Assembly (NCBI GenBank): GCA_902634765.1
Contig: CACPLH010000002.1
Span: 6,582 to 70,581 of the forward strand
Direction: 5' to 3'
DNA length: 64,000 nt
Source: an uncultured Pelagibacteraceae bacterium
GTDB taxonomy: Bacteria; Pseudomonadota; Alphaproteobacteria; Pelagibacterales; AG-422-B15
Positions 10,036 to 19,103 of this stretch are shown here, piece after piece; the stretch's first letter is position 1, and each line of letters opens with the position of its first letter. Both the position numbers and the translations under genes were made by a program. Below the pieces are notes generated by a model that was not told where the DNA came from, searched no databases, and saw only the letters and a program-made list of their open reading frames with translations.

Positions 10036-11371
10036 AAAAATAGAGCATAACACTACAGTTGATCAAAGCGATAGACATGTTCCTTATAACTTGAGACAAA
10101 GTGGACCAACTGCAGTACAGATGTTAATCTCTACTCGTGTAAGAAAGTCACCCTATTGGCACAAGTCAATTGAGCATGGATGCTGGAGAGCAACTGTCTA
10201 CAACCGTATTTATCACCCGCGTGGATATGTAAAGCCTGAAGATGGTGGTGCAATGGTTGAGTACGAAGCAATCAAGAACCATGTAACAATGTGGAACGTT
10301 GCTGTTGAAAGACAAATTAGAGTAAAAGGACCGGATGCAGAGAAATTTACCGATTATGTAATCACTCGTGATGCAACTAAAATTTCTCCAATGCGAGCAC
10401 GATATGTAATTCTTTGTAATTACAAGGGTGGAGTTTTAAATGATCCAATATTACTTCGAATTTCTGAAGATGAATTTTGGTTCAGTTTATCTGACTCTGA
10501 TATTGGTTTATATTTACAAGGTGTTAATGCTGATAAGCGTTTTAATGTAGAGATTGATGAAATTGATGCTTGTCCCGTGCAGATTCAAGGACCTAAATCT
10601 TTAGCTTTGATGAAAGACCTCATTGGTGATCAAGTTGATCTTGATAATATGCCATTCTATGGATTAGCTGAGGCTACCGTTGGTGGACGAAGCTGTGTAA
10701 TTTCTCAATCAGGTTTCTCAGGAGAAGCTGGTTATGAGATATATCTTAGAGATGCAACAAAGTACGCTGATGATATGTGGGATGCTGTTGTTGAAGCAGG
10801 TAAAAAACATAGTCTTATGGTTATTGCGCCTGCACACCATAGAAGAATTCAGGCTGGAATTCTTTCATGGGGTCAAGATATGGACAACGAACACAATCCG
10901 TTTCAATGTAATTTAGGTTATCAAGTTTCACTTTCTGGAAAAGGTGAGTGGGCTAAAAAAGGTGACTACGTTGGAAAAGAAGCTCTAGAAAAAATGGGAG
11001 CAGATCTTAAAGCTGGAAAATCTCCATATAAACTTCAATTAGTAGGCATGGAAATTGGTGGGAAGCCAATTGAAGAGTACGCGCCTGATTTTTGGCTTGT
11101 ATCTCCAGGCGAAGGTGGAGACCCATGTGGGTTCATTACATCTCCATGGTTCCATCCAGAAAAAGGTGTGAATATTGCAATGGGATATGTTCCCTTTGAT
11201 GGCACTTTAAATGCTAACGGTTTTCCTAAATGGGAAATTGGTAAAAAATTTAAAGTTCATTTGCCTGATATTTATGCTGACACTCCAGGAGAGCCAGTAG
11301 ATGCAGTTACTGTGGAAATTCCATTTACTGAGTCACATAATGCAAATACAAGAGAAGTAGTAAAAGGCTAA
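10028..11371 (+). CDS. GcvT/DmdA-family tetrahydrofolate-dependent aminomethyl/methyl transferase
   Basis: 447 aa. RKSPYW, WNVAVERQIRVKGPDAEKF and SQSGFSGEAGYEIY resemble the GcvT fold. AAGGAG sits 7 nt upstream of the start. Overlaps the metF-like stop by 8 nt. Confidence 0.8.
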   Translation: MSKKIEHNTTVDQSDRHVPYNLRQSGPTAVQMLISTRVRKSPYWHKSIEHGCWRATVYNRIYHPRGYVKPEDGGAMVEYEAIKNHVTMWNVAVERQIRVKGPDAEKFTDYVITRDATKISPMRARYVILCNYKGGVLNDPILLRISEDEFWFSLSDSDIGLYLQGVNADKRFNVEIDEIDACPVQIQGPKSLALMKDLIGDQVDLDNMPFYGLAEATVGGRSCVISQSGFSGEAGYEIYLRDATKYADDMWDAVVEAGKKHSLMVIAPAHHRRIQAGILSWGQDMDNEHNPFQCNLGYQVSLSGKGEWAKKGDYVGKEALEKMGADLKAGKSPYKLQLVGMEIGGKPIEEYAPDFWLVSPGEGGDPCGFITSPWFHPEKGVNIAMGYVPFDGTLNANGFPKWEIGKKFKVHLPDIYADTPGEPVDAVTVEIPFTESHNANTREVVKG

Positions 11372-11382
11372 CTACTATTTAT

Positions 11383-11412
11383 TTGGCGTCTTTATTGATT
11401 TAAAGGCGCCAA
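11383..11412 (+). terminator. Intrinsic terminator after the GcvT-family gene
   Basis: TTGGCGTCTTT pairs with AAAGGCGCCAA (11 bp, one U-G wobble valid only in + RNA), with an 8-nt loop, followed by TTCCTTTTT. It lies between convergent genes. Confidence 0.65.
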
Positions 11413-11419
11413 TTCCTTT

Positions 11420-11926
11420 TTAGTTTTTAGAAGATTGTTTGTTTTCAACATAGAGTTGGTGATAACAAATCTTACCATTTTTTTCTACAAAATCCTGATG
11501 ATATTCCTCGGCTTCATAGAACTCTACTGACTCCCTTAAATCTGTTGCCACTTCTCGATCGTACTCACCAGACTCATTTATTTCTTTGATTTTTTTCTGA
11601 GCTATTTCTTTTTCTTCGTTAGAATTATAAAAAATTACAGATCTATACTGAGTTCCTACATCTGGACCTTGACGATTTACAGAAGTTGGATCGTGAATAA
11701 AAAAGAATTTATCTAAAAGCTCAGAAAATGTTACCACAGAGCTATCATAGTCAATTTTTACAACTTCAATGTGGCCAGTTTCACCAGTACATACTTGTTC
11801 ATAAGTAGGGTTATTAGTATGACCTCCTGAATAACCTGAGATAACTTTGTTAACCCCATTCATTTCTTCAAAAAGAACTTCCACTCCCCAAAAACAACCT
11901 GCTCCTAGCACTAATGATAATTCCAT
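11420..11926 (-). CDS. msrA: Peptide-methionine (S)-S-oxide reductase
   Basis: 168 aa with the GAGCFWGVE active-site motif. Confidence 0.9.
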   Translation of the reverse strand: MELSLVLGAGCFWGVEVLFEEMNGVNKVISGYSGGHTNNPTYEQVCTGETGHIEVVKIDYDSSVVTFSELLDKFFFIHDPTSVNRQGPDVGTQYRSVIFYNSNEEKEIAQKKIKEINESGEYDREVATDLRESVEFYEAEEYHQDFVEKNGKICYHQLYVENKQSSKN

Positions 11927-11999
11927 ATTATTTTTATATATGTTTGATGTTTAATTTTGAAATAATATAGTATTTTCAAATCTAAAGTCACTAAAAATA

Positions 12000-13136
12000 A
12001 TGAATATTGGTAAAATTAGAAAAGTAGAAATTTGGATTACGAATCCAATCTTGAGTGAAGATGGATGGTCAAATGTAAAATCTTTTTTATTTTTACGAAC
12101 TACAAATTCTGATGGTGTAGAAGGATGGGGAGAAGCATTCGTATTACCATATCGCGAAAGAGGTGTTGCGGAGCTTATATTAAGTCTCGCTTCTTCAATT
12201 AATGAAATTGAAACTTTAAATCCTCATTTATTCAGTGAGAAAGCAATTGAGATTTGTGACAATCATTACGGTCTTGATTTTTCAGCAGCATCAAGCGCAA
12301 TTGAAATGTCTCTTTGGGATATGCTTGGTAAAATTAACGAAAAACCACTCTCATCACTTTTTTCAGGAAATTCAAAAGATACTGTTCAAGTTTATGTTAA
12401 CACTTGGAGTGATCAAATACCTGATGACGCTGCATTAAATCATCGTGTTAAAAATTTAATATCTGAAGGCTATAAAAGTATAAAAATTTATCCTTTACAA
12501 AATCGATCACCAAAAGAAGGGTATGAGTGTATAGGAAAACTAAGTCAAATTACTAGTTCAAATGTAGATCTAATGCTTGATCTTGCAGTTCCAAAAAATC
12601 CCAATCATTCATCAGAATTATTAGAACTTATAGAAAAAAATAATACTGATATTTATTGGATTGAAGAACCATATGATGGATTAGATATTACTAATCTTTC
12701 AAACTATAAGGCAAAATCACATATTCCTATTGTGACAGGTGAAAAACAATGTGGTGTTACTCACTTCAAAGAAGTTTTAAATAGAAATTCTGCTGATATT
12801 CTTAATCCAGATATTGCGGGCGTTGGTAGTCTAGTTGAATTGAATGAAATCGCAGATTTGTCTGATAAAGTTGGAGTAAGAGTTTCACCTCATTGTTGGA
12901 ATTCAATGGCTATAGCAGCCTCAGCAATGATGCATTTTTGTGCGAGTAGAAAAAATTCTGAAAAAGCTGAGATATATCCTGACTATATTTCAGCATCAAA
13001 AAATTACTGTGATCCAGGATTTAATATAATTAATGGCGAGTCAAAATTAAAAAAACTTCCAGGCCTGGGGGTCTCTATTAACTCAAATGATTTAAGCGCA
13101 AAAAGTTTTTACTATGATGAATTAAAATTGAACTAA
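12000..13136 (+). CDS. Enolase-superfamily enzyme (mandelate racemase/muconate lactonizing family)
   Basis: 378 aa. Has an N-terminal capping domain (GWGEA) and barrel segments LMLDLA, WIEEP, VTGE and PHCW. Confidence 0.7.
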   Translation: MNIGKIRKVEIWITNPILSEDGWSNVKSFLFLRTTNSDGVEGWGEAFVLPYRERGVAELILSLASSINEIETLNPHLFSEKAIEICDNHYGLDFSAASSAIEMSLWDMLGKINEKPLSSLFSGNSKDTVQVYVNTWSDQIPDDAALNHRVKNLISEGYKSIKIYPLQNRSPKEGYECIGKLSQITSSNVDLMLDLAVPKNPNHSSELLELIEKNNTDIYWIEEPYDGLDITNLSNYKAKSHIPIVTGEKQCGVTHFKEVLNRNSADILNPDIAGVGSLVELNEIADLSDKVGVRVSPHCWNSMAIAASAMMHFCASRKNSEKAEIYPDYISASKNYCDPGFNIINGESKLKKLPGLGVSINSNDLSAKSFYYDELKLN

Positions 13137-13141
13137 ATTAA

Positions 13142-14656
13142 ATGACAAAAAAAGAAAACTACTTATTTGATAATATTTTTGCTCCATATTGCGATTCTGA
13201 TAAAGTATTTTTGATTAATGACGAATATGAGATTTCCTACTTAAAATTTAATAAAATTGTAAATCAAATAGCTAATACACTAATATCTAAAGGCCTTAAG
13301 GCAGGTGATAGAGTGGCGGTTCAAGCAGAAAAATCAGTTATTCAAATTGCACTTTATGTTGCAACGATTAAGGCTGGCGGTATTTATTTGCCACTGAATA
13401 CCGGTTATACAACAAATGAACTTGATTATTTTATAAATGACTCATGTTCATCTATTGTTATCGTTGATTCAAGAATAGAAAATAAGTTAAGAGAATTGCT
13501 CGATAATCAAAATATTATATTTCTGACATTAAACAGTGATGAGAGTGGGTCACTTAACGAATCCTTAGTTCAGCAAGATGAGAATTTTGATCCGGTAGAG
13601 AGAAAAAAAGATGATTTAGCCGCAATATTATATACTTCGGGAACAACTGGAAAATCAAAAGGGGCAATGCTTAGTCATAGAAACTTAGTTTCAAACACAG
13701 CCGTATTGAAGGAAACTTGGCGATACTCTAGTGATGACACACTTCTTCATATGCTACCCATTTACCACACCCATGGATTATTTGTTGCCTTTAATCTCCT
13801 GGCTTATGTCAATGGCTCAATTATTTTTCTACCAAAATTTAGTATCCAATATGCATTAAAATGGATGAAAAAATCTACATCGATGATGGGGGTTCCAACA
13901 TTTTATACAAGATTATTGAGTGATGAAAAATTTAATCAAGACCTTGTCAAGCATGTGAGACTTTTTATATCAGGTTCCGCTCCTTTATTAGCTGAAACGC
14001 ACATAGAATTTGAAAATAGAACAGGTAAAAAAATTTTAGAGAGATATGGCATGACAGAAACTAATATGAATATTTCCAATCCATATGATGGTGAGCGAAA
14101 GCCAGGAACAGTAGGTTTGCCATTGCCAGGTATTGAATTACGCATAGCTGATAAATTTGGCAAAGAATTAACAAATGGTGAAATTGGTATAATTGAACTT
14201 AGAGGGGAAAATATCTTCAAGGGGTATTGGCAAATGCCTGATAAAACCAAAGAGTCTTTCCGGGATGATGGCTTTTTTATTACAGGAGATATGGCATATA
14301 TTGATGATAATAATTACGTAGTTATTGTAGGAAGAGATAAAGATTTAATTATTACGGGAGGCTTAAACGTATACCCAAAAGAAGTAGAGGAATTAATTGA
14401 TGAAATTGATGGAGTAGTTGAGTCTGCTGTAATTGCTGTTCCTCATAAAGATTTTGGGGAAGCAGTAGTATCGGTTGTTGTTAGATCTAATGAGAATCTC
14501 TCTGAAGATGATATTAAAAATAATCTAATTGAAAAAATAGCAAAGTTTAAACAGCCTAAGGAAGTATTTTTTGAAAATGAATTACCGAGAAATTCAATGG
14601 GCAAGGTTCAAAAAGTTGAGCTGAGAGAAAAATTTAAAAATATATTTTTAAATTAG
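13142..14656 (+). CDS. matB: Malonyl-CoA synthetase-like AMP-dependent ligase
   Basis: 504 aa. NYLFDNIF..GDRVAVQAEKS..YLPLNTGYTTNELDYFINDS and YTSGTTGKSKGAMLSHRNL closely follow the MatB pattern as I remember it. Confidence 0.7.
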   Translation: MTKKENYLFDNIFAPYCDSDKVFLINDEYEISYLKFNKIVNQIANTLISKGLKAGDRVAVQAEKSVIQIALYVATIKAGGIYLPLNTGYTTNELDYFINDSCSSIVIVDSRIENKLRELLDNQNIIFLTLNSDESGSLNESLVQQDENFDPVERKKDDLAAILYTSGTTGKSKGAMLSHRNLVSNTAVLKETWRYSSDDTLLHMLPIYHTHGLFVAFNLLAYVNGSIIFLPKFSIQYALKWMKKSTSMMGVPTFYTRLLSDEKFNQDLVKHVRLFISGSAPLLAETHIEFENRTGKKILERYGMTETNMNISNPYDGERKPGTVGLPLPGIELRIADKFGKELTNGEIGIIELRGENIFKGYWQMPDKTKESFRDDGFFITGDMAYIDDNNYVVIVGRDKDLIITGGLNVYPKEVEELIDEIDGVVESAVIAVPHKDFGEAVVSVVVRSNENLSEDDIKNNLIEKIAKFKQPKEVFFENELPRNSMGKVQKVELREKFKNIFLN

Positions 14657-15036
14657 TCTTTTGAGTTTGTGTATGCACAAATTTTGTTTCCTTCAAGATC
14701 TCTAACATATGCGTAAAATACATCTCCATCGTTCGGTCTAAGGCCAGGATCACCTTCATTTTTTCCACCCAAATCTAATCCAGTTTTATGAAATTCTACT
14801 ACTTGCGCTCTGGTCTTAGTCAAAAAAGAAACCTGAGTTCCATTGCCATAGGTTGCCGGCTCACCATTTGCAGGTTTAGTAACATAGAACTCAACATCAT
14901 CATTGCCATCATTTGCATAACCAATGCACACATCATCAGTATAAATAGCCTTTATATTTAAAACGTTTAACAGTTTATCGTAAAATTTTTTTGCAGACGT
15001 TAAATCATTTGTGCCTACCATTACATATCCATTCAT
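14653..15036 (-). CDS. VOC/glyoxalase-family protein
   Basis: 127 aa. The small beta-alpha-beta-beta-beta style sequence resembles glyoxalase/bleomycin-resistance family proteins. Last gene of a 5-gene operon. Confidence 0.6.
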   Translation of the reverse strand: MNGYVMVGTNDLTSAKKFYDKLLNVLNIKAIYTDDVCIGYANDGNDDVEFYVTKPANGEPATYGNGTQVSFLTKTRAQVVEFHKTGLDLGGKNEGDPGLRPNDGDVFYAYVRDLEGNKICAYTNSKD

Positions 15037-15049
15037 ATTATTCCTTTCG

Positions 15050-16210
15050 TTAAAAATTTCCTGTAACTATTTCATCTAACATACTGATCATATCAGCTTT
15101 ATATTCTTCATTAGTGGCAGACTCAGTTTCTAAAACTGAAAAAAATGATGCAACAATATTTGTTTTAAGATTAATCATTAAGAACTGCCCACCATATCCT
15201 GAATGGCCAATCCAATCTCCATTTTTCATAGTTTGATTTGCATAATAAACGAATTTGTCCTTTGAAAATTCAAAATACTTTGGACCTTGAGATAATAGAG
15301 TATCATTAATAAATTTCTCTGATCCCACACTTCTTCCCATCACGCCTTTTCCTTTTCTTGAAAATAATAGTCCCATTCTCAAAAAGTCTCTTGTAATCAA
15401 GCATCCTCCACCTGACAACCACGGCATACCCTCTCTATCAGTTGCCATGTAAAGAGCATCTTCGAAACCTGCTGCTTCAGTGATTGATAAAATCCAATCT
15501 CTTAGTTTTATTCCACTTATCTTTTCAATAATTAAACCTAAGACATCTGTATTAGCTGATTTATAAAAAGCTAAATCAGATTTATTTTCCAATCCAATTC
15601 CATCTTTAGCTTTAATTTTGTTTAAAAATTCTTCTTGATTTTCATTTTGATCAAGATTTTCAGGAAGTCTCCACCCTCCAACTGACTCATGAAGAAATGA
15701 AGATGAATAAGGATCAGTATAATCTTCAGTATAAGCGTTAATAACATTCATATTAAGAACATCTTGCACTGAGGCGTCTGCATAACCACTTCCAATTTCT
15801 GGCAAATAAAAAGAAATTTTTTTATTAAGATCTATGAGATTATTTTCAATCATTTCTCCAATACATAAATTCACAAACAGTTTTGTAATAGACATTATTG
15901 TTTGTGGTTGAAATTTAGAAAAATCATCTGCATATTTCTCAAATAATATATCTTGGCCTTTACCTACAATTAATGAACAAAATGATTTATTTTTAGTCAT
16001 TTTTTGAACTGAAGATATTTCGCCTATGTTGTTATTAATATTGCTTCTTAATGTAAGTACAGCATCAGACCTAAAAAGTAAGCCATACCGATTTATTCGA
16101 TGTAAATCTCTATAACCTTTCCTTCGAAATTCTGGTAAGTTCCATTTGGCTTTATTATCTCTAATTGTAGCTAAAGTTGGATTAAGAATACTCTCTATAT
16201 CTTCATTCAT
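15050..16210 (-). CDS. Beta-lactamase-fold serine hydrolase
   Basis: 386 aa with an S-x-x-K motif (SITK) in MSITKLFVNL. Overall resembles class C beta-lactamase, D-aminopeptidase and NylB-type hydrolases. Confidence 0.7.
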   Translation of the reverse strand: MNEDIESILNPTLATIRDNKAKWNLPEFRRKGYRDLHRINRYGLLFRSDAVLTLRSNINNNIGEISSVQKMTKNKSFCSLIVGKGQDILFEKYADDFSKFQPQTIMSITKLFVNLCIGEMIENNLIDLNKKISFYLPEIGSGYADASVQDVLNMNVINAYTEDYTDPYSSSFLHESVGGWRLPENLDQNENQEEFLNKIKAKDGIGLENKSDLAFYKSANTDVLGLIIEKISGIKLRDWILSITEAAGFEDALYMATDREGMPWLSGGGCLITRDFLRMGLLFSRKGKGVMGRSVGSEKFINDTLLSQGPKYFEFSKDKFVYYANQTMKNGDWIGHSGYGGQFLMINLKTNIVASFFSVLETESATNEEYKADMISMLDEIVTGNF

Positions 16211-16217
16211 ATTTTTT

Positions 16218-17657
16218 TTAAATGTATTTAGGTGGCTTTACTGTTGAGTGATTAAATATACTCTCATATTTTTTTCCAAATGACATTACTTTTAGATCAC
16301 TCGCTTTTTTACCAATAATTTGCATTCCCATAGGAAGACCAGAATTATTAAGGCCTACAGGAACTGATAATGTTGGAAGTTGAAACAAACTTGCGATAAT
16401 ACTTACCTCCATCCATTTGTGATAAGTGTTAAGTCGATACGAACCAATTTTTTTTGGGAAATTGATATTTATATCAAATGGAAATACCTGAGCAGATGGA
16501 ATGGCTAGGAAATCATATTCTTCAAATAATTCATTTATTTTTGAATGATATTTTTTTATGTTATTTATAGCCTGATCGACTTGATGATCGGCAACTTGTC
16601 TTCCTTGATCATATTCCCATCTTGCACTATAGCAAAGATCATCCATATTGATATGATCCATCATTTTAATGTCTTCATAACTTATTTTTGATCTAATAAG
16701 TTTCCAAATACTCCATAGATCTTGAGAAAATAAATCTGTATTAACCTCGTTAATTAAAATGTGAAACGGGTTTGTCATAAGTGTATTTAGTGAATTATTG
16801 CACATTTCTAATATTCCATTTTCAAATTTATAATTGTCATTTAAATTAGAAAGCCATCCTATTTTTATTTCTCTAAAATCTTCCTCACTCATTGATGCGT
16901 TTACAAATGTATTCTCCAAATCAAAGGAAAAAGGATCTCTCTCATCTCTACCAGATACAGCATCAAGAAATATACTTAGCTCATGAGGTGTTCTTGCTAT
17001 ACCACCCAATGTTGACAGCAATGGGTATTTTATATTTGATGATTTAACTCTTTTTTCAGGAATTAATCCTGGAGTAGGTCTAAAACCATAAAGATTGCAA
17101 TAAGCAGCTGGATTTCTGACTGATCCCATCATATCAGTTCCGTCTGCTAATGGTAACATTCCAGAACTCACCGCGGCAGCAGCACCACCACTTGAGCCAC
17201 CAGCAGTTTTAGTTAAATCATATGGATTATGAGTACTGCCAAATAGACGATTTGAGGTTTGTGATCCGTATGCTAATTCAGTAGTATTCGTTTTTCCAAT
17301 TATTATCGCCCCTTCTTTTTTTAGCCTTTCTGAAATAATCGAGTCTTCATCTGGAAAATTATTTTTGTATTCCCTGCAACCAAAACTTGTAGGAAGTTTT
17401 TTGACATCAGTTATATCTTTTATTGCTAATGGCATACCATGAAGCAGGCCAATTTTATTGCCATTATCAAATAATCTGTCTTTTTCTTTAGCTTCTGAAA
17501 TAATTTCAGTCTCATCTCTTATAGAAACGATTGCATTCAGATCTTTATTATAATTTTTTATCTTATCGAGAAAAAATTTTACTACATCTTCAGATTTTAA
17601 CTCTTGTGATTTAATTTTTAAAGAAATTGACTCGATAGATTGTCCTTCAAGCATCAA
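16218..17657 (-). CDS. Amidase-signature (AS) family amidase
   Basis: 479 aa with the GGSSGGAAAAV signature and the upstream KD..D motif (AIKDITDV). Confidence 0.85.
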   Translation of the reverse strand: MMLEGQSIESISLKIKSQELKSEDVVKFFLDKIKNYNKDLNAIVSIRDETEIISEAKEKDRLFDNGNKIGLLHGMPLAIKDITDVKKLPTSFGCREYKNNFPDEDSIISERLKKEGAIIIGKTNTTELAYGSQTSNRLFGSTHNPYDLTKTAGGSSGGAAAAVSSGMLPLADGTDMMGSVRNPAAYCNLYGFRPTPGLIPEKRVKSSNIKYPLLSTLGGIARTPHELSIFLDAVSGRDERDPFSFDLENTFVNASMSEEDFREIKIGWLSNLNDNYKFENGILEMCNNSLNTLMTNPFHILINEVNTDLFSQDLWSIWKLIRSKISYEDIKMMDHINMDDLCYSARWEYDQGRQVADHQVDQAINNIKKYHSKINELFEEYDFLAIPSAQVFPFDININFPKKIGSYRLNTYHKWMEVSIIASLFQLPTLSVPVGLNNSGLPMGMQIIGKKASDLKVMSFGKKYESIFNHSTVKPPKYI

Positions 17658-17664
17658 TTAGAAT

Positions 17665-19089
17665 TTAACCATTGTGCAAAGTCTTAGTTTCTAGGTAATC
17701 TTCAATTCCCATATCTCCACCCTCGCGACCATTTCCTGACTGCTTGTAACCTCCAAATGGAGAACCATAATTAAATCCTCCACCATTTACATGTACTGCT
17801 CCAGCACGCAATCTTCTTGAAACTCTATCAGCTCTTTCTTTACTTCCAGTTTGTAAGTATGCAGCGAGTCCGTATGGAGTATCATTTGCTATTTTAATCG
17901 CATCATCTTCATCATTGAATGGAATAATTGCCAGAACGGGTCCAAAGATTTCTTCTTGAGCAATTCTCATGTCGTTTGAAACATCAGCAAATATTGTTGG
18001 TTTAACAAACCATCCCTTTTCAAAGCCATCAGGTCTTCCTATACCACCAGTTATTAACTTTGCTCCTTCATCAATTCCTACTTGAATCATTGTTTGCACT
18101 CTATCGTATTGAATTTTATCAAACAAAGGTCCCATATGATCTCCTTCATTGCTTGGGTCATCGACAGCAATGCTTTCAGCAGATTTTTTTGCTAAATCAA
18201 CGACTTCATTATAGCATGATTTTTCAACAAGCAGTCGAGTAGGGGCGTCACATGATTGACCTGTGTTAGCCATACACTCTTTAACTGATGCATCTACTCT
18301 TTCAGCAAGGTCACAGTCAGCAAAAACTAAGTTTGGTGATTTTCCACCAAGCTCAAGAGTAACTTTTTTGACAGATGGAGCTGACTCTTTGGTCACTGAA
18401 ACACCGCCCCGTGTTGATCCAGTAAACGAGATCATCTGGATATCAGGGTGCCTTGATAATGCAACTCCAACTTCTTCACCTGTTCCATGTATTAAATTAA
18501 ATACACCAGCTGGAACACCAGCTTCATGAAGTATCTCTGCATATACTGCAGCAGATAATGGAGTATGTTCTGAAGGCTTAAGAACACTAGTGCAACCTGT
18601 TGCGATTGCAGGTAAGACTTTTAATGTAATTTGGTTTATAGGCCAATTCCATGGAGTAATAAGACCACAAACACCGATTGGCTCTTTTATTAAAATATCA
18701 CCATTGCTTAACGTAACTTCTTCCTCAAGTTTCTCTAAAGATTCAATAAAGCCATCTAAATGGCCAATACCCGAGTCTGCCTGAGTGTCTCGCGAAAAGG
18801 TCATTGGAGCGCCCATTTCATGACTCATAGCCACTGCTAATTCTTCATATCGATCAGAAGTAACAGAACGAATTTTTTTTAATAAATCTAATCTTTCATT
18901 TTTTGATGTTTGGGAAAAGCTGTCAAAAGCATTTTTTGCAGCATCAACAGCAGAATTAACGTCTTCTGCATTTCCTAAAAATACTTTTGCAATTTCTTCT
19001 TCATTTGCAGGATTAATTACAGGCATTGTGTTTGATGATTTAGGAGTTACCCATTCACCATTAATATAAAATTTTTCTACATTCTTCAT
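17665..19089 (-). CDS. NAD(P)-dependent aldehyde dehydrogenase
   Basis: 474 aa. Has the ELGGKSP motif, catalytic Cys in GQSCDAPTR, and EEIFGPV. Confidence 0.9.
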   Translation of the reverse strand: MKNVEKFYINGEWVTPKSSNTMPVINPANEEEIAKVFLGNAEDVNSAVDAAKNAFDSFSQTSKNERLDLLKKIRSVTSDRYEELAVAMSHEMGAPMTFSRDTQADSGIGHLDGFIESLEKLEEEVTLSNGDILIKEPIGVCGLITPWNWPINQITLKVLPAIATGCTSVLKPSEHTPLSAAVYAEILHEAGVPAGVFNLIHGTGEEVGVALSRHPDIQMISFTGSTRGGVSVTKESAPSVKKVTLELGGKSPNLVFADCDLAERVDASVKECMANTGQSCDAPTRLLVEKSCYNEVVDLAKKSAESIAVDDPSNEGDHMGPLFDKIQYDRVQTMIQVGIDEGAKLITGGIGRPDGFEKGWFVKPTIFADVSNDMRIAQEEIFGPVLAIIPFNDEDDAIKIANDTPYGLAAYLQTGSKERADRVSRRLRAGAVHVNGGGFNYGSPFGGYKQSGNGREGGDMGIEDYLETKTLHNG

Positions 19090-19103
19090 TCTTTATCCTT
19101 TCA

